Positions 11,289-21,753 of a stretch of 64,000 nucleotides of DNA are shown piece by piece. The stretch's first letter is position 1, and every line of letters begins with the position of its first letter. A program made the position numbers and the translations under genes. Location: positions 2,368,001 through 2,432,000 of the forward strand of contig OY970340.1 of the NCBI GenBank assembly GCA_963717465.1. The letters are read 5' to 3'. The DNA is from Candidatus Bathyarchaeota archaeon. Lineage in GTDB: Archaea > Thermoproteota > Bathyarchaeia > Bathyarchaeales > Bathycorpusculaceae. The notes beneath the pieces were generated by a model, which saw nothing but the letters and a program-made list of their open reading frames with translations, made no database searches and was not told where the DNA came from.

Positions 11289-11810
11289 TTAAGGTTGAAA
11301 AAGTGACTCCAAATTTCGCAGTGAAAAGGGTTTTGGAAACTTTTTGCCCGTGTAAAACATGAAGCTGTTTGTTTCAACATTTGGACGAAACATTGATTCT
11401 TTTTGCATTCTGTCAGATAGTTCTAGATAACTGTTGTATGTTTTGTGTGCTGATACGACTACCCAAGTGGTTCCTGCGAAACTTTGCTCCATAAACACGC
11501 ACAGTATTTCGGGCTGTTTTTGAATCAATTCTTGAGCTTCTTTAGCTTGTGCTGGTGTAATCACATCACTCGTTTTTGCGAATGAAAATACAATAAAGTC
11601 TAAGCCCATTTTGTGGAAGTCAGGTATTACAGTGTATTCTTTTATGTAGCCCTCTTGCTCTAACTTCTTTTTTCGTCTGGACAACGTTGCATTGCTTATT
11701 CCTAAGGTCTTGGCAACAGCTCTATCACTTTTGCCGCCAAGCGACATTAGAGCAAACAAAGCCTTCAGGTTTTCCTGTGCTTTCTTGTCCGACGTGTCTT
11801 GCTTGCTCAT
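11289..11810 (-). CDS. Lrp/AsnC family transcriptional regulator
   Basis: HTH 'KSDRAVAKTLGISNATLSRRKKKLEQEGYIKEYTVIPDFHKMG'. Confidence 0.85.
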   Translation of the reverse strand: MSKQDTSDKKAQENLKALFALMSLGGKSDRAVAKTLGISNATLSRRKKKLEQEGYIKEYTVIPDFHKMGLDFIVFSFAKTSDVITPAQAKEAQELIQKQPEILCVFMEQSFAGTTWVVVSAHKTYNSYLELSDRMQKESMFRPNVETNSFMFYTGKKFPKPFSLRNLESLFQP

Positions 11811-12023
11811 AATTAATTCTCAACTTCACATAGTATTCAGTATATTGTTTAAGTTTTTCGCGTTCATCGATAATTAAGAAAAAGGGCTTCTGTGACTTAA
11901 GTTAATATCAAGTGTTGTTTGTGTTACCGCTAGCTCGTCATATTTTGGCTATAGTTATCGCTTTTTCCTTATTTCCCAAAACTTTTTATAAAAGGTGTTC
12001 CTTAAAACGAAGCATTAAGGAGA

Positions 12024-14057
12024 TTGATAGAAGTGAGTGTAAAATTTAAATATCTTTTTTCTCCGTTGAAAATAGGGCCAGTGACAATTCCTAACAGAAT
12101 AATGTTGACTGGTCATAGTAATTTTCATGTAGATGAAACGGGAAACCCGACAGAATATTTGGCGTACTATCAGGCTGAAAGAGCAAAGGGCGGCTGTGGG
12201 CTAATATGCTATGGATTTATCTCAGTATATCCGAAGGAAATGGCGTGGGAGTATCCAAACTTCCGTTCTAGTTATACTACGCGTGCGCTTATACTTAATG
12301 CATATCCGCGTGGTCCTGACGAGGATTCTATTCCATCTCTGAAGAAAATTACTGATTTGTGTCACGATGCTGGCACTGGAACAAAGGTTTTTGCTCAGAT
12401 GGGTGCTAGTGGATGTTGGGAGGGTAGATGGGCTCCTTCCGAAACTGTAGACCCAGCAGATCCAAGAAAAACCAATATGGAAATGACTGAGGAGCAAATT
12501 GAAGCGGTGCTTGATGGTTTTGGAAAATCTGCCAAGAACATGTTAAAAGCAGGCTTTGATGGTATTGAAATTCATGATCATGGTGGCTTAGTACATCAGT
12601 TCATGTCTCCATTAACGAATAGGCGAAAAGACAAGTGGGGCGGAAGTTTAGATAATCGAATGAGATTCTTTTATGAAGCAATTAAAAGATGCAGAGAAAA
12701 CATGAGCAGTAATATGGCTTTGATTACTAGGCTTTGTGTTGATGAATTCGTTCCTAACGGAATAGGCGTGATGGATGGCGTGGAGATTGCAAAGCTACTG
12801 GAAGATAAGGTTGATGGTCTTGATATTGACATTGCAACTGAACCCGCATCCCTAAACGTTATAGTTGCTCCACTGTATATGGAGCCTGGCTACCAACTGT
12901 ATGGAGTTGAAGCGGTGAAAGAAGTCATAAAGAAGATACCTATAGGTTGTGTTGGTAGAATCAATGATGCAATGTTTGCTGAAAAAATCTTGGCTGAGGG
13001 CAAAGCTGACATTATAGGCATTTGCAGGGGACAGATTGCCGATCCTGAATTCTGTAACAAAGCTAAAGCAGGAAGACTAGACGATATAAGACCCTGCTTG
13101 TATGAGAATGAGGGTTGCATGAAAACAGGTTCTGTACAATGCACTGTAAACCCCACTAATGGATGCGAGAAGGCTTGGGGAATTGGAACAATTAAGTCTG
13201 CTGCAAAGAAAAAGAAGATTTTGGTTGCTGGTGCGGGTCCTGCAGGAATGGAATTTGCTAGAATTGCAGCTACCAGAGGGCACAATGTTACCATTTACGA
13301 AAAGTCAAATGATGTTGGAGGAGCCATTAATTTAGCTATGAAGTTGCCGGGAAGAATGGAATATGATGGTTTCAAGAGATGGCTAAAGATTCAGCTTGAC
13401 AAGTTGGGAGTTAAAATTGTCCTTAATAAGGAGGTTACGCCTGAACTTGTTAAGAGCGAAAATCCGGATGCTGTAGTAGTTGCTATTGGAGCAGACCCCA
13501 TGCGTGACGGCGACAACGCAGGCATGTATGCCGCAATTGATGGATGGAATCAGCCAAACGTTTGTGTAGGTGAAGACATACTTGAAGGCAAAGTTGACAT
13601 CAACAAACTTGGACCAAGAGTAATCATTTATGATCAAGTTGGCTATGATGAAGGCTTGGGAATTGCTGAAATGATTGCAGATGCTGGAAAACAAGTTGAT
13701 ATAAGGTCTGCAAGCTACTTTATCGGCGGTGCTGATATATTCCCGACTTTGCAGTTTGCACAATTGTTCCAGCGTCCAATGGAGAAAGGTGTGAAGCTTA
13801 GTCCAATGTCGTTGATGACTTACATTAGTGGGAACACAGTCGGGTTCATGAACAGTTTTACTCATGAAATGTACGAAGTCGAAGCTGACAATATTGTTCT
13901 CTGTGTAAGTAAAAAACCAAATTCTGAACTGTTCAAGAAGTTAATGGCGGCAGGATACAAACACAACGTAAACCTATACAAGATCGGCGATGCAAACGCT
14001 CCACACAATATCTGCGACGCCGTATACTACGGCCACGGCTTGGGAAGGGAAATCTAA
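12024..14057 (+). CDS. OYE/FadH-type NADH:flavin oxidoreductase (FMN barrel, 4Fe-4S, FAD domain)
   Basis: AGFDGIEIH, NRRKDKWGGSLDNRMRF, RPCLYENEGC..CTVNP, GAGPAG Rossmann motif. Confidence 0.9.
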   Translation: MIEVSVKFKYLFSPLKIGPVTIPNRIMLTGHSNFHVDETGNPTEYLAYYQAERAKGGCGLICYGFISVYPKEMAWEYPNFRSSYTTRALILNAYPRGPDEDSIPSLKKITDLCHDAGTGTKVFAQMGASGCWEGRWAPSETVDPADPRKTNMEMTEEQIEAVLDGFGKSAKNMLKAGFDGIEIHDHGGLVHQFMSPLTNRRKDKWGGSLDNRMRFFYEAIKRCRENMSSNMALITRLCVDEFVPNGIGVMDGVEIAKLLEDKVDGLDIDIATEPASLNVIVAPLYMEPGYQLYGVEAVKEVIKKIPIGCVGRINDAMFAEKILAEGKADIIGICRGQIADPEFCNKAKAGRLDDIRPCLYENEGCMKTGSVQCTVNPTNGCEKAWGIGTIKSAAKKKKILVAGAGPAGMEFARIAATRGHNVTIYEKSNDVGGAINLAMKLPGRMEYDGFKRWLKIQLDKLGVKIVLNKEVTPELVKSENPDAVVVAIGADPMRDGDNAGMYAAIDGWNQPNVCVGEDILEGKVDINKLGPRVIIYDQVGYDEGLGIAEMIADAGKQVDIRSASYFIGGADIFPTLQFAQLFQRPMEKGVKLSPMSLMTYISGNTVGFMNSFTHEMYEVEADNIVLCVSKKPNSELFKKLMAAGYKHNVNLYKIGDANAPHNICDAVYYGHGLGREI

Positions 14058-14240
14058 AACCTTCTCCAAAATTTCTTTTTTCATAACTTGAATTTTTTTT
14101 GAAGCAAAATTGTTGCACTTTTAGTAGTTAATTCCAAGCGAATAAGAGATCTAAATGTCAAAAACCATAAAGGAAAAATTTCGAAAAATTTAATTCAATG
14201 AATTTTCAAAAAATTGAAAAGATTGAATTAATGCGTAGGA

Positions 14241-15746
14241 TTATTGTCCGTATTTTTTATTAAATTCGGCTAATGCTGCCTTACGTTGTTCGATAAACGT
14301 TTGAAGCTCTATTTTGGCCTTTTCTGTATTATCAACTATGTCATCAGCTTTAGTTTTAACAGCTAAATTAGAATCACCTGTTTTTTCAAGCGATCCTTTA
14401 ATTTCTTCAGCTTTCTTCTCAACCGCTGCTGCGGCATTACTCATATCACCCGATATCTTTGATGCTTCCTTAACATCGTTAACAACCGTTTCAGTCAAAT
14501 CTTCAACATTCTTTGCGATGACCGCCACATCTTTAGCGATTTTCTCCAGCTCCTGAGCAGCAGACGTTTGCTCCTCAACCGTAGCAGAAACCTCCTCAGA
14601 AGCAGAAGAACTCTCCTCAGCAATACTAGCAACCTCATTAATCGTCCTAACAACACTATTCAAAGCATTAAGACCACGATCAACACCCATCGTCAAGTGG
14701 CCTACTTTACTAGTCATCGTATCCATAATCTTAGCAATACCCTCAGCCTCCTTAATCGCATCCAAAACCACCTTCGTACCTTCAGCCGCATTAGTCTGAG
14801 ACTGAGTAGCAATAACATTAGTCTGCGTTCCTGCATCTTTAATTCCCTTCACAAGGCTGATGGCTGATCCTGCAGCTACTTTTGATTGACCCGCTAAACC
14901 TTTAACGGCATCAGCAACAACCGCAAAGCCTCTTCCAGCTTCTCCTGCTCTAGCCGCCTCAATCGCCGCGTTCAAAGCCAACATATTAGTCTGACCAGCA
15001 ATATCCGAGACGGAATTAGCCATCTGACCAACCTGCTCAACACTATTAACCATCGAAACCACCGCATCAGAAACCTTCGTTATATTAGTCTTAATATCCT
15101 CAATAGCATGCAAACCCTGCTGACCCTTCTCATTAGCATGCTTAGACTTCCTCAAAGCCTCATCAGTAACCAAAGAAGCCTCCTTAGCAATACCACCCGC
15201 CTCATCCATAACCCTCTTCAAAGCCTCAGTACTCTTAGCAGCCTCCTGAGAAAGCTCAGCCAACTTCTGTGCCCCAGTAGAAACCTGCTGCGATGCAGTG
15301 CTAACCTGCTGCATGCCTAAAGATATCAAATTAGACGTCTTCTCTACTTGTTTGCCCATATCCTCAACGCTAACACCAGCCTTGGCAACATCCTGTGCAC
15401 TTGTTAAAGCTTTTTGTGCATATTCACCAACTGTCTTTGCAGAATTTGCAAAATTAGAGACTAATGTTGAAGTTTCTATTGCAAGCTCCGCAGTGGCAAG
15501 AGTTGTTGAACCATGCTCCATTATATCTTCATCAATTCCCTTGGCAGAATTAATTGTATCTTCGCTATTTTTGATAATTTTTTCAATAACTTGAATTATC
15601 CCCTCAAACTCTTTCACATGATATTGTAAAATCTCTTCCTTCTCAGTTTGAAGCTTTTTGTTTTCTTGGACAAGCTGCTCTAACTGGCGTTCGAGCTCTG
15701 AAACTTTATTTTCCTGAGATTCAGCGGCCATTTTAATCAAATCCAA
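14241..15746 (-). CDS. soluble methyl-accepting chemotaxis-like protein (MCP1)
   Basis: Signalling hairpin [27 protein letters not shown]; no TM segment. Confidence 0.9.
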   Translation of the reverse strand: MDLIKMAAESQENKVSELERQLEQLVQENKKLQTEKEEILQYHVKEFEGIIQVIEKIIKNSEDTINSAKGIDEDIMEHGSTTLATAELAIETSTLVSNFANSAKTVGEYAQKALTSAQDVAKAGVSVEDMGKQVEKTSNLISLGMQQVSTASQQVSTGAQKLAELSQEAAKSTEALKRVMDEAGGIAKEASLVTDEALRKSKHANEKGQQGLHAIEDIKTNITKVSDAVVSMVNSVEQVGQMANSVSDIAGQTNMLALNAAIEAARAGEAGRGFAVVADAVKGLAGQSKVAAGSAISLVKGIKDAGTQTNVIATQSQTNAAEGTKVVLDAIKEAEGIAKIMDTMTSKVGHLTMGVDRGLNALNSVVRTINEVASIAEESSSASEEVSATVEEQTSAAQELEKIAKDVAVIAKNVEDLTETVVNDVKEASKISGDMSNAAAAVEKKAEEIKGSLEKTGDSNLAVKTKADDIVDNTEKAKIELQTFIEQRKAALAEFNKKYGQ

Positions 15747-15940
15747 TTTGGCTAACTTTTATAACTAAATTTCGAATATGTAGCTTGCGGCTTAACGATA
15801 TGTACTGTAAATTAAGAATTTGATTCCATTTTTTGAAAAACCTGTCTCACAGCAATGGAGTAATACACATTTAAAAGTGCAAGAAGGTAAACCTGAAGCA
15901 TATCAGCGCTTTGAGGCCAAGTTTTTTATCGTTGTTATAA

Positions 15941-16354
15941 TTAAAGTGCGAATTGAACGAGATAATATTTCTTTGATTCAATCAAAAATGTGCAATCCTT
16001 GATCAAGAATAGGTGGCTAGTGCAATTGCAATCTGAACAGCCAAAATCTTTGACTTCTTCGCCTTTCTTGCTTAATTTTTTGGCAGTATTGCATTCTTCT
16101 TTTTTGCTTGCTTCCTGAAACAGAACTTTAATAATTTTGGTGTTTTCGTTTTGAAGTAGATAGTCAATATGCCAGAATAGATTTTTTTCTTTTCGCAAAT
16201 GCCGTTTTACGCGAGTTTCAAGATTGTTTTGTGCACTGCCGACGTAAGCGTACAATCCTTTTTTGAAAGCTAAATTTCCTAATGCCCCAACTGTTATGCT
16301 GAGGTCTCTTGTTACTTGAATTATTAGCACATAAACGCCCTTCAAAGCATTCAT
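15941..16354 (-). CDS. GIY-YIG (DUF123/Uri-like) nuclease family protein
   Basis: GVYVL...YAYVGSA...RH...WHIDYL...GCSDCNC.SHL. Confidence 0.85.
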   Translation of the reverse strand: MNALKGVYVLIIQVTRDLSITVGALGNLAFKKGLYAYVGSAQNNLETRVKRHLRKEKNLFWHIDYLLQNENTKIIKVLFQEASKKEECNTAKKLSKKGEEVKDFGCSDCNCTSHLFLIKDCTFLIESKKYYLVQFAL

Positions 16355-16626
16355 CCTTCGTTTAACTTGCAGTTCGTTTGCGGATTATATTCTGCTTTCA
16401 AGCAAGTAGTTTTTTAATGCATGCACGACTAACCATAAATGTATTAGACTATTTATTTGATATCAAAAAGACAATTCAAAACAATTATGGGCGGGAACAT
16501 TAAGCTAGTTTTATGTTGAAGTTTGCATAAAAATATGATATGGAGTTGGTTTAGTTTTCCAGAGAAAGCCTGATTCAAGCACACAACTTAACTAAGACGT
16601 TTGATGGGTTCACGGCAGTTGACCAT

Positions 16627-17475
16627 GTGGATTTCCAAGTCTATAAGGGTGAATGCGTTGGTTTTCTTGGTCCAAATGGGGCTGGAAAAACTACCACTGT
16701 GCGAATGATTTACTGTTTCTCGCCCATAACAGAAGGTGAATTGACAATTGCAGGGTTTAATGTTACTAAGCAAGCAAAAGAGATAAAAGGGCTGGTTGGT
16801 GTTGCGCCTCAAGAAGACAATTTAGATCCAGATTTTACAGTTATAAAGAATTTGACTGTGTATGCACGCTACTTTGACATTCCAAAAGAAAAAGCAGAGA
16901 AACGGGCAAGACTGCAATTGAAGTTTTTTCAATTAGAAGGCAAAGAAAAAGCTGATGTCGCTGAACTTTCAACAGGTATGAAAAGGCGCTTGATTTTGGC
17001 TAGAGCATTAATTAATGAGCCGCAGGTTTTGCTTTTGGATGAGCCAACTACTGGTCTTGATCCTCAAGCTCGCCATTTGGTTTGGGATGAGGTGCGCAGT
17101 CTGCGTAAACAAGGCGTGACAATTATTATCACCACGCATTATATGGATGAAGCGGCTGCATTGTGCGATCGAATCTTAATAATGGACAACGGAAAAATTA
17201 TCGAAGAAGGAATACCTGCTGAATTGGTAAAGAAGCATATTGGCGAAGACGTTCTGGAAGCAGACAACGACCCGAAAATCGTGGATTTGCTTAAAGCAGA
17301 ATTTCCAGACGCCCGATTTGAAGTTTTCAGCGACCGAATTAACGTTTTCACAACACGAGGACACGGGGCATTTGAACGTTTCATCGAAAAACACCCGCTT
17401 AGAAATGTGCTTATACGAAATGCCAACTTGGAAGATGTCTTTCTCAAACTTACCGGCAGAGGACTTAAAGATTGA
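16627..17475 (+). CDS. ABC transporter ATP-binding protein (NodI/DrrA-like); true start probably upstream
   Basis: Walker A GPNGAGKT, signature LSTGMKRR, Walker B LLLDEPT. Confidence 0.92.
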   Translation: MDFQVYKGECVGFLGPNGAGKTTTVRMIYCFSPITEGELTIAGFNVTKQAKEIKGLVGVAPQEDNLDPDFTVIKNLTVYARYFDIPKEKAEKRARLQLKFFQLEGKEKADVAELSTGMKRRLILARALINEPQVLLLDEPTTGLDPQARHLVWDEVRSLRKQGVTIIITTHYMDEAAALCDRILIMDNGKIIEEGIPAELVKKHIGEDVLEADNDPKIVDLLKAEFPDARFEVFSDRINVFTTRGHGAFERFIEKHPLRNVLIRNANLEDVFLKLTGRGLKD

Positions 17476-18311
17476 AAACAACCATTAAATCGTCATCAAA
17501 ATTCTCTATACCAAAATTAACTTACAAGGTTTGGCGTGTTTGGAGAAGAAACTTTGATGTTTTCTTGAAAACAGTGAAAGTTAATTTTTTCCCTTCCTTA
17601 TTTGAGCCTATCCTGTACATTTTTGCTTTTGGATTAGGCTTAGGTGGATTGATAAGCGGTGGCCAAGTTGCGCCAGGTGTCCCATACGTCAACTTTTTAG
17701 CGCCTGGTTTAGTTGCGATTTCTATAATGAACGGCGGTTTCTTTGAAAATACTTACGGATCTTTTGTTAGAATGTACTATCAAAAAACATTCGACGCAAT
17801 AATAGCAACGCCTGTTAGCGTTGATGAAGTCATCGCTGGCGAACTCGTTTGGGGTGCAACCCGATCAGCCATCAACTCCACTACAGTATTAGCGGTTATC
17901 GCTGTTCTTAGCATGTTTTTTCATCCGTCTCTAATTGAAAGCCCACTTGTCCTCTTAGTGCCCCTTCTATCTTTTCTGGGAGGATTAATGTTTGCTTCAA
18001 TCGCCATGTGCTTCACCGCCCTAGCCCCAAACATTGAATTCTTCAATTACCCAGCTTTTCTTTTCGTAACCCCAATGTTTCTTCTCAGCGGAACATTCTT
18101 CCCCATTATAGGAAACCCGCAGATCCCTTATGCGATTCAACTATTTGCACAAATTGCCCTGCCATTAACCCCTGTGGCTACAATAACAAGAGGCCTATTT
18201 TTTGGCAATTTGAGTTTTAATATGCTTTTGGGTTTAGCTTGGATTATAACGCTTACAATTGTTTTCTTTATTTTGAGTATAAACTTGATGAGGAAACGGT
18301 TAATAAAATGA
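17472..18311 (+). CDS. ABC-2 type permease (NodJ-like)
   Basis: Overlaps the ATPase stop; hydrophobic; FLAPG and PMFLLSGTFFP motifs. Confidence 0.88.
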   Translation: MKTTIKSSSKFSIPKLTYKVWRVWRRNFDVFLKTVKVNFFPSLFEPILYIFAFGLGLGGLISGGQVAPGVPYVNFLAPGLVAISIMNGGFFENTYGSFVRMYYQKTFDAIIATPVSVDEVIAGELVWGATRSAINSTTVLAVIAVLSMFFHPSLIESPLVLLVPLLSFLGGLMFASIAMCFTALAPNIEFFNYPAFLFVTPMFLLSGTFFPIIGNPQIPYAIQLFAQIALPLTPVATITRGLFFGNLSFNMLLGLAWIITLTIVFFILSINLMRKRLIK

Positions 18312-18312
18312 G

Positions 18313-19245
18313 CTAAAGCTTTAGCCCCATAATTTCAGCCACGATAAGATAGTAAGCGGCTAATCCTTTCCAAGAACCCCAACCTTGTGCAATTTTTCTC
18401 GCTTCAGCACTGGTAATAGCTTCGCCATTGCGGTAATAAGTTGAGATTACTCTACGAATTCCAAAATCATCAGCAGGAAAAGCATCAAACATTTTCATTC
18501 CCCTAAGCATCGTAAGTTCAGCAGTCCAAATTCCGATGCCCCTAATTTCGTCCAGCTCAGTTATGACTTGCTCTGAAGTTTTGCTCTTCAAGCCTTCCAA
18601 ATCCAAGCTTTTTTCAGATATTAACGTTGATGCACCCTTGATGTATTCCGCTTTTTTCTGACTTAACCCGCAACTGCGTATCTCTTCAACGCTTGCAGAA
18701 GCTAGGGTTTGCGGAACTGGATACGCATAGTAGACTTCACCAGCTAAGCTTAAGGCGTCGCCGAATTTCTTTGTCAATTTTGCTTCTATCAAATTGGCAA
18801 CTTTAATTGAAATCTGCTGCTCAACGATGGAATCGACAAAGGCTTCAAAAACCGTCTGTGTTGTAGGACTCTTCAGTCCTCTTAATAGCTGAGTTATTTT
18901 ATTCATCACCAGATCAGTTTTCACATCTTCATAAAAAGAAGACAAGTTAAGATCTAAATTGAAAATATAACGAATTGTCTCCTGAGCTTTACTTACATCC
19001 TTCGTTGAAAGTGCACCGTTAGATCTGAGTGTTACTTTTATTGTTGGTTCATTGATAGAACCTTCAGAAGTTAAGTTCACGAGAACCAGGTTATCGTAGA
19101 TCCGTAGAACTTGGTGAAATTGACCGTTGCCGTAAAAACGTATCTGTTTATCGCCATGCGCAAAGAGATTTAAAGTTAGTTCAGAATTGAACGGCGGAAT
19201 CGGATCAATTGTAATTTTCTTTGTAAAGATTTTATTCAACTCCAC
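18313..19245 (-). CDS. alkA: DNA-3-methyladenine glycosylase II (HhH-GPD)
   Basis: IVEQQIS, HhH IRGIGIWTAE, FPADD. Confidence 0.85.
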   Translation of the reverse strand: MELNKIFTKKITIDPIPPFNSELTLNLFAHGDKQIRFYGNGQFHQVLRIYDNLVLVNLTSEGSINEPTIKVTLRSNGALSTKDVSKAQETIRYIFNLDLNLSSFYEDVKTDLVMNKITQLLRGLKSPTTQTVFEAFVDSIVEQQISIKVANLIEAKLTKKFGDALSLAGEVYYAYPVPQTLASASVEEIRSCGLSQKKAEYIKGASTLISEKSLDLEGLKSKTSEQVITELDEIRGIGIWTAELTMLRGMKMFDAFPADDFGIRRVISTYYRNGEAITSAEARKIAQGWGSWKGLAAYYLIVAEIMGLKL

Positions 19246-19364
19246 ACCTTTTGCTTTCGCCTTGTTCTGGCTTAACCGTTTAGCTTTTTTAAAAATATTC
19301 CGCTTGATAAAAATTAAAGATTTTTAACTTCAATTCTGCTAATGTAAGCAGGTATAGGATTGAT

Positions 19365-20045
19365 TTGATCATGCGTATAGTTGTCCGTTTAGGCGGTTCC
19401 GTTGTAGCTTCACCTGTTAACACTGAGTTGTTGATTAAATACGCTGACTTGTTAACTTCTGTGAAAGCTCAAGGCCATGAGGTAGCAGTGGTTCTCGGTG
19501 GAGGAACACTAGCTAGAGAATTCATTGGAATCGCTAAAAGCTTGGGACTTGATATGCAAGCTCAAGATGAAATTGCAATTTCAGTTTCCCGCTTGTTTGC
19601 TCAACTCTTTCTCAAGAAAATCGGAGATGCCGGTTGTGGAAAGATTGCTATTACGCTCGACGACGCGGCAGAATGTTTAGGTGAAGGCAAGATGGTGGTG
19701 ATGGGCGGTTTAAAGCCTGGAATTACCACTGATGCGGTTGCCGCTTTAGTAGCTGAACGGGTGAAAGCGAATTTGCTCGTAAAAGGCACTGATCAAGATG
19801 GTGTTTACAATAAAGACCCGCGAAAGCATGCTGACGCAATCAAGTTGGATCAAGTCTCTTTTGATGATTTGCCCAAGATTTTTGAGGAGAATGTGCATAA
19901 GGCTGGAATGCATCAGATTATTGATCCTGAAGCTGTCAAGGTTTTGAAACGCAACCAGTTAAAGCTAATAGTTGTTAACGGGTTTGCGCCTGAAAACATT
20001 TTGTCTGCTATTGAAGGCAAAAATGTTGGGACTTTAATTAGTTAA
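19365..20045 (+). CDS. pyrH: UMP kinase
   Basis: RLGGSV, GGGTLAREF, PGITTDAVAA, DGVYNKDP. Confidence 0.92.
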   Translation: MIMRIVVRLGGSVVASPVNTELLIKYADLLTSVKAQGHEVAVVLGGGTLAREFIGIAKSLGLDMQAQDEIAISVSRLFAQLFLKKIGDAGCGKIAITLDDAAECLGEGKMVVMGGLKPGITTDAVAALVAERVKANLLVKGTDQDGVYNKDPRKHADAIKLDQVSFDDLPKIFEENVHKAGMHQIIDPEAVKVLKRNQLKLIVVNGFAPENILSAIEGKNVGTLIS

Positions 20046-20267
20046 TTCTCCATTTTGCTTTATTACGATACAATTGGAATAGCACTATCCTGGCGGTACC
20101 TTAACAAATAAACGTAATCAAACACGATTACGTTCCCCACAATTTTTATTTAAAGCACGTTTTCTATAGCAGGCTCTTTCGCGAGAGAGATGAATTCAAC
20201 CAAACCAGCAGAGTGTTAATTGCTTAATTACAGAAGACGTTTTTAAAAGCCGGAAGATGGATGATTA

Positions 20268-21185
20268 TTAAACGCTAGTGAAGAAATCTCTGGCTTTTGC
20301 CTCTTCGAATTTTCTTGCAACCTCATCAATTTGTCGACCTAGAATTTTTGCATTAATACTGCCTAAGCCTTTCTCGTTGGCTTTGCGTATATGCTTAACA
20401 TTGTTTGGATCAATACCCATAACTCTGCACGCGGTAGCATCAGTTGCCACAATATCTTCGCCAGCAATAATCAAATCCATCTTAACGGGCTTACCGTTGC
20501 CGGGCCCTTTGCCTTCCATACCAACAAAACCATCGATGACTGTTAATTTAGCCTTAAGAACAGCATTAATATCAACTATGACACCGCTCATGCCTCTGTT
20601 ATGATATTTGAATTTGACCTTATCAGGCAGCAGCCCAAACATGTTCTTCATGCCTAAAGTAACCTTTGTTATCGTGCTAGTTTTTAGTTTGGCCGCGTTA
20701 ATTATCGCTGATTCAGTAACTAATCGTGAAACAGTTATGCTTTTCAGCGTTTCCCTATCGGGAATATTTAGTTTTACCCTGTCTTCAATATGACGCAAAT
20801 TAATACACTCTACGCCGTTGCGTGTGCACATTTCTTTCATTCCTGTTGCTTCAAAAGCTTTATCAGCGTCAGTCATCGAGGCATCGGATTCGACAACGTA
20901 AATCTGTTTAACAGGTATATCCTTCAACTTTAAGATGATTGCTTCAACAACAAGTGGATCAGTCGTCGCGCCAGTATCCCATGTTTTATTAACGATGAAA
21001 TTGACTTTAATTATCACTTTGTCAAAGCCAGTTAAAGCTTTCTTGTAATTGATTAAGTCAAGGGCTTCAAAAACTGGCTTGTGCCCTCGCTCACCTTTAA
21101 CAATAGCAACATCAGGCAAATCTTGCATAGTGGTTGGTATACTGAGGTAACTTATAAAATATTTCCATTTAACTGTAAAGAGCAT
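20268..21185 (-). CDS. DUF362 domain protein (likely start 21128)
   Basis: IKVNF..TTDP, KLKT, TLGMKNMFG, DGFVGMEGKGP, DIVATD. Confidence 0.85.
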   Translation of the reverse strand: MLFTVKWKYFISYLSIPTTMQDLPDVAIVKGERGHKPVFEALDLINYKKALTGFDKVIIKVNFIVNKTWDTGATTDPLVVEAIILKLKDIPVKQIYVVESDASMTDADKAFEATGMKEMCTRNGVECINLRHIEDRVKLNIPDRETLKSITVSRLVTESAIINAAKLKTSTITKVTLGMKNMFGLLPDKVKFKYHNRGMSGVIVDINAVLKAKLTVIDGFVGMEGKGPGNGKPVKMDLIIAGEDIVATDATACRVMGIDPNNVKHIRKANEKGLGSINAKILGRQIDEVARKFEEAKARDFFTSV

Positions 21186-21322
21186 GATTTTAGGTAATAA
21201 AGAGAAACTGCTCGAAAATTTTTACAATAAGCATAAGCGTGTAATTGTCTAAGAATAAAGAGGTAAAAACTTTGTCCCTTTTGTGGGACGACCATGCTAT
21301 TGAATTAAACTTTTTCGTGTTG

Positions 21323-21733
21323 TTATATGTCTTTTAGTTCATCTATTCGTATTTCTTTGGGGTCTAAGGGTTTTGAAGGAATGCGGTATGGGCTTTGTTC
21401 AATTATTAAACTAACTTGTTCTAGGTCTTTGAAGCCTCGTGCAAGCAGTTCTTCAGTTGATGGAGGGTCAATGGTTAATTGGAATTTAGGCCTCTTTTCC
21501 ATTTGAATTGTGCATAGACTGGCGCGAACTTTCATTTCTGGAACCATTTGGGAGTATTCGTCGCCATACTTTGCTTTTTTGACGGTTAAGTGTACTTCTT
21601 CGTCTGTGAATCCTTGAGAGAGCAGTTGATCATAGTCCTCGAAGGTTAAACCTACAATGAACATTTTCCCTTTGATGACTGTGATTTCGAAAAGGGAACC
21701 TTTGGTTTCGTATTTTGCGCCACTTTGAGCCAA
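21323..21733 (-). CDS. hypothetical protein
   Basis: Co-oriented 20 bp downstream of the ATPase; no motif recognised. Confidence 0.55.
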   Translation of the reverse strand: MAQSGAKYETKGSLFEITVIKGKMFIVGLTFEDYDQLLSQGFTDEEVHLTVKKAKYGDEYSQMVPEMKVRASLCTIQMEKRPKFQLTIDPPSTEELLARGFKDLEQVSLIIEQSPYRIPSKPLDPKEIRIDELKDI

Positions 21734-21753
21734 TTTAAACCCCGCGATTTTGA

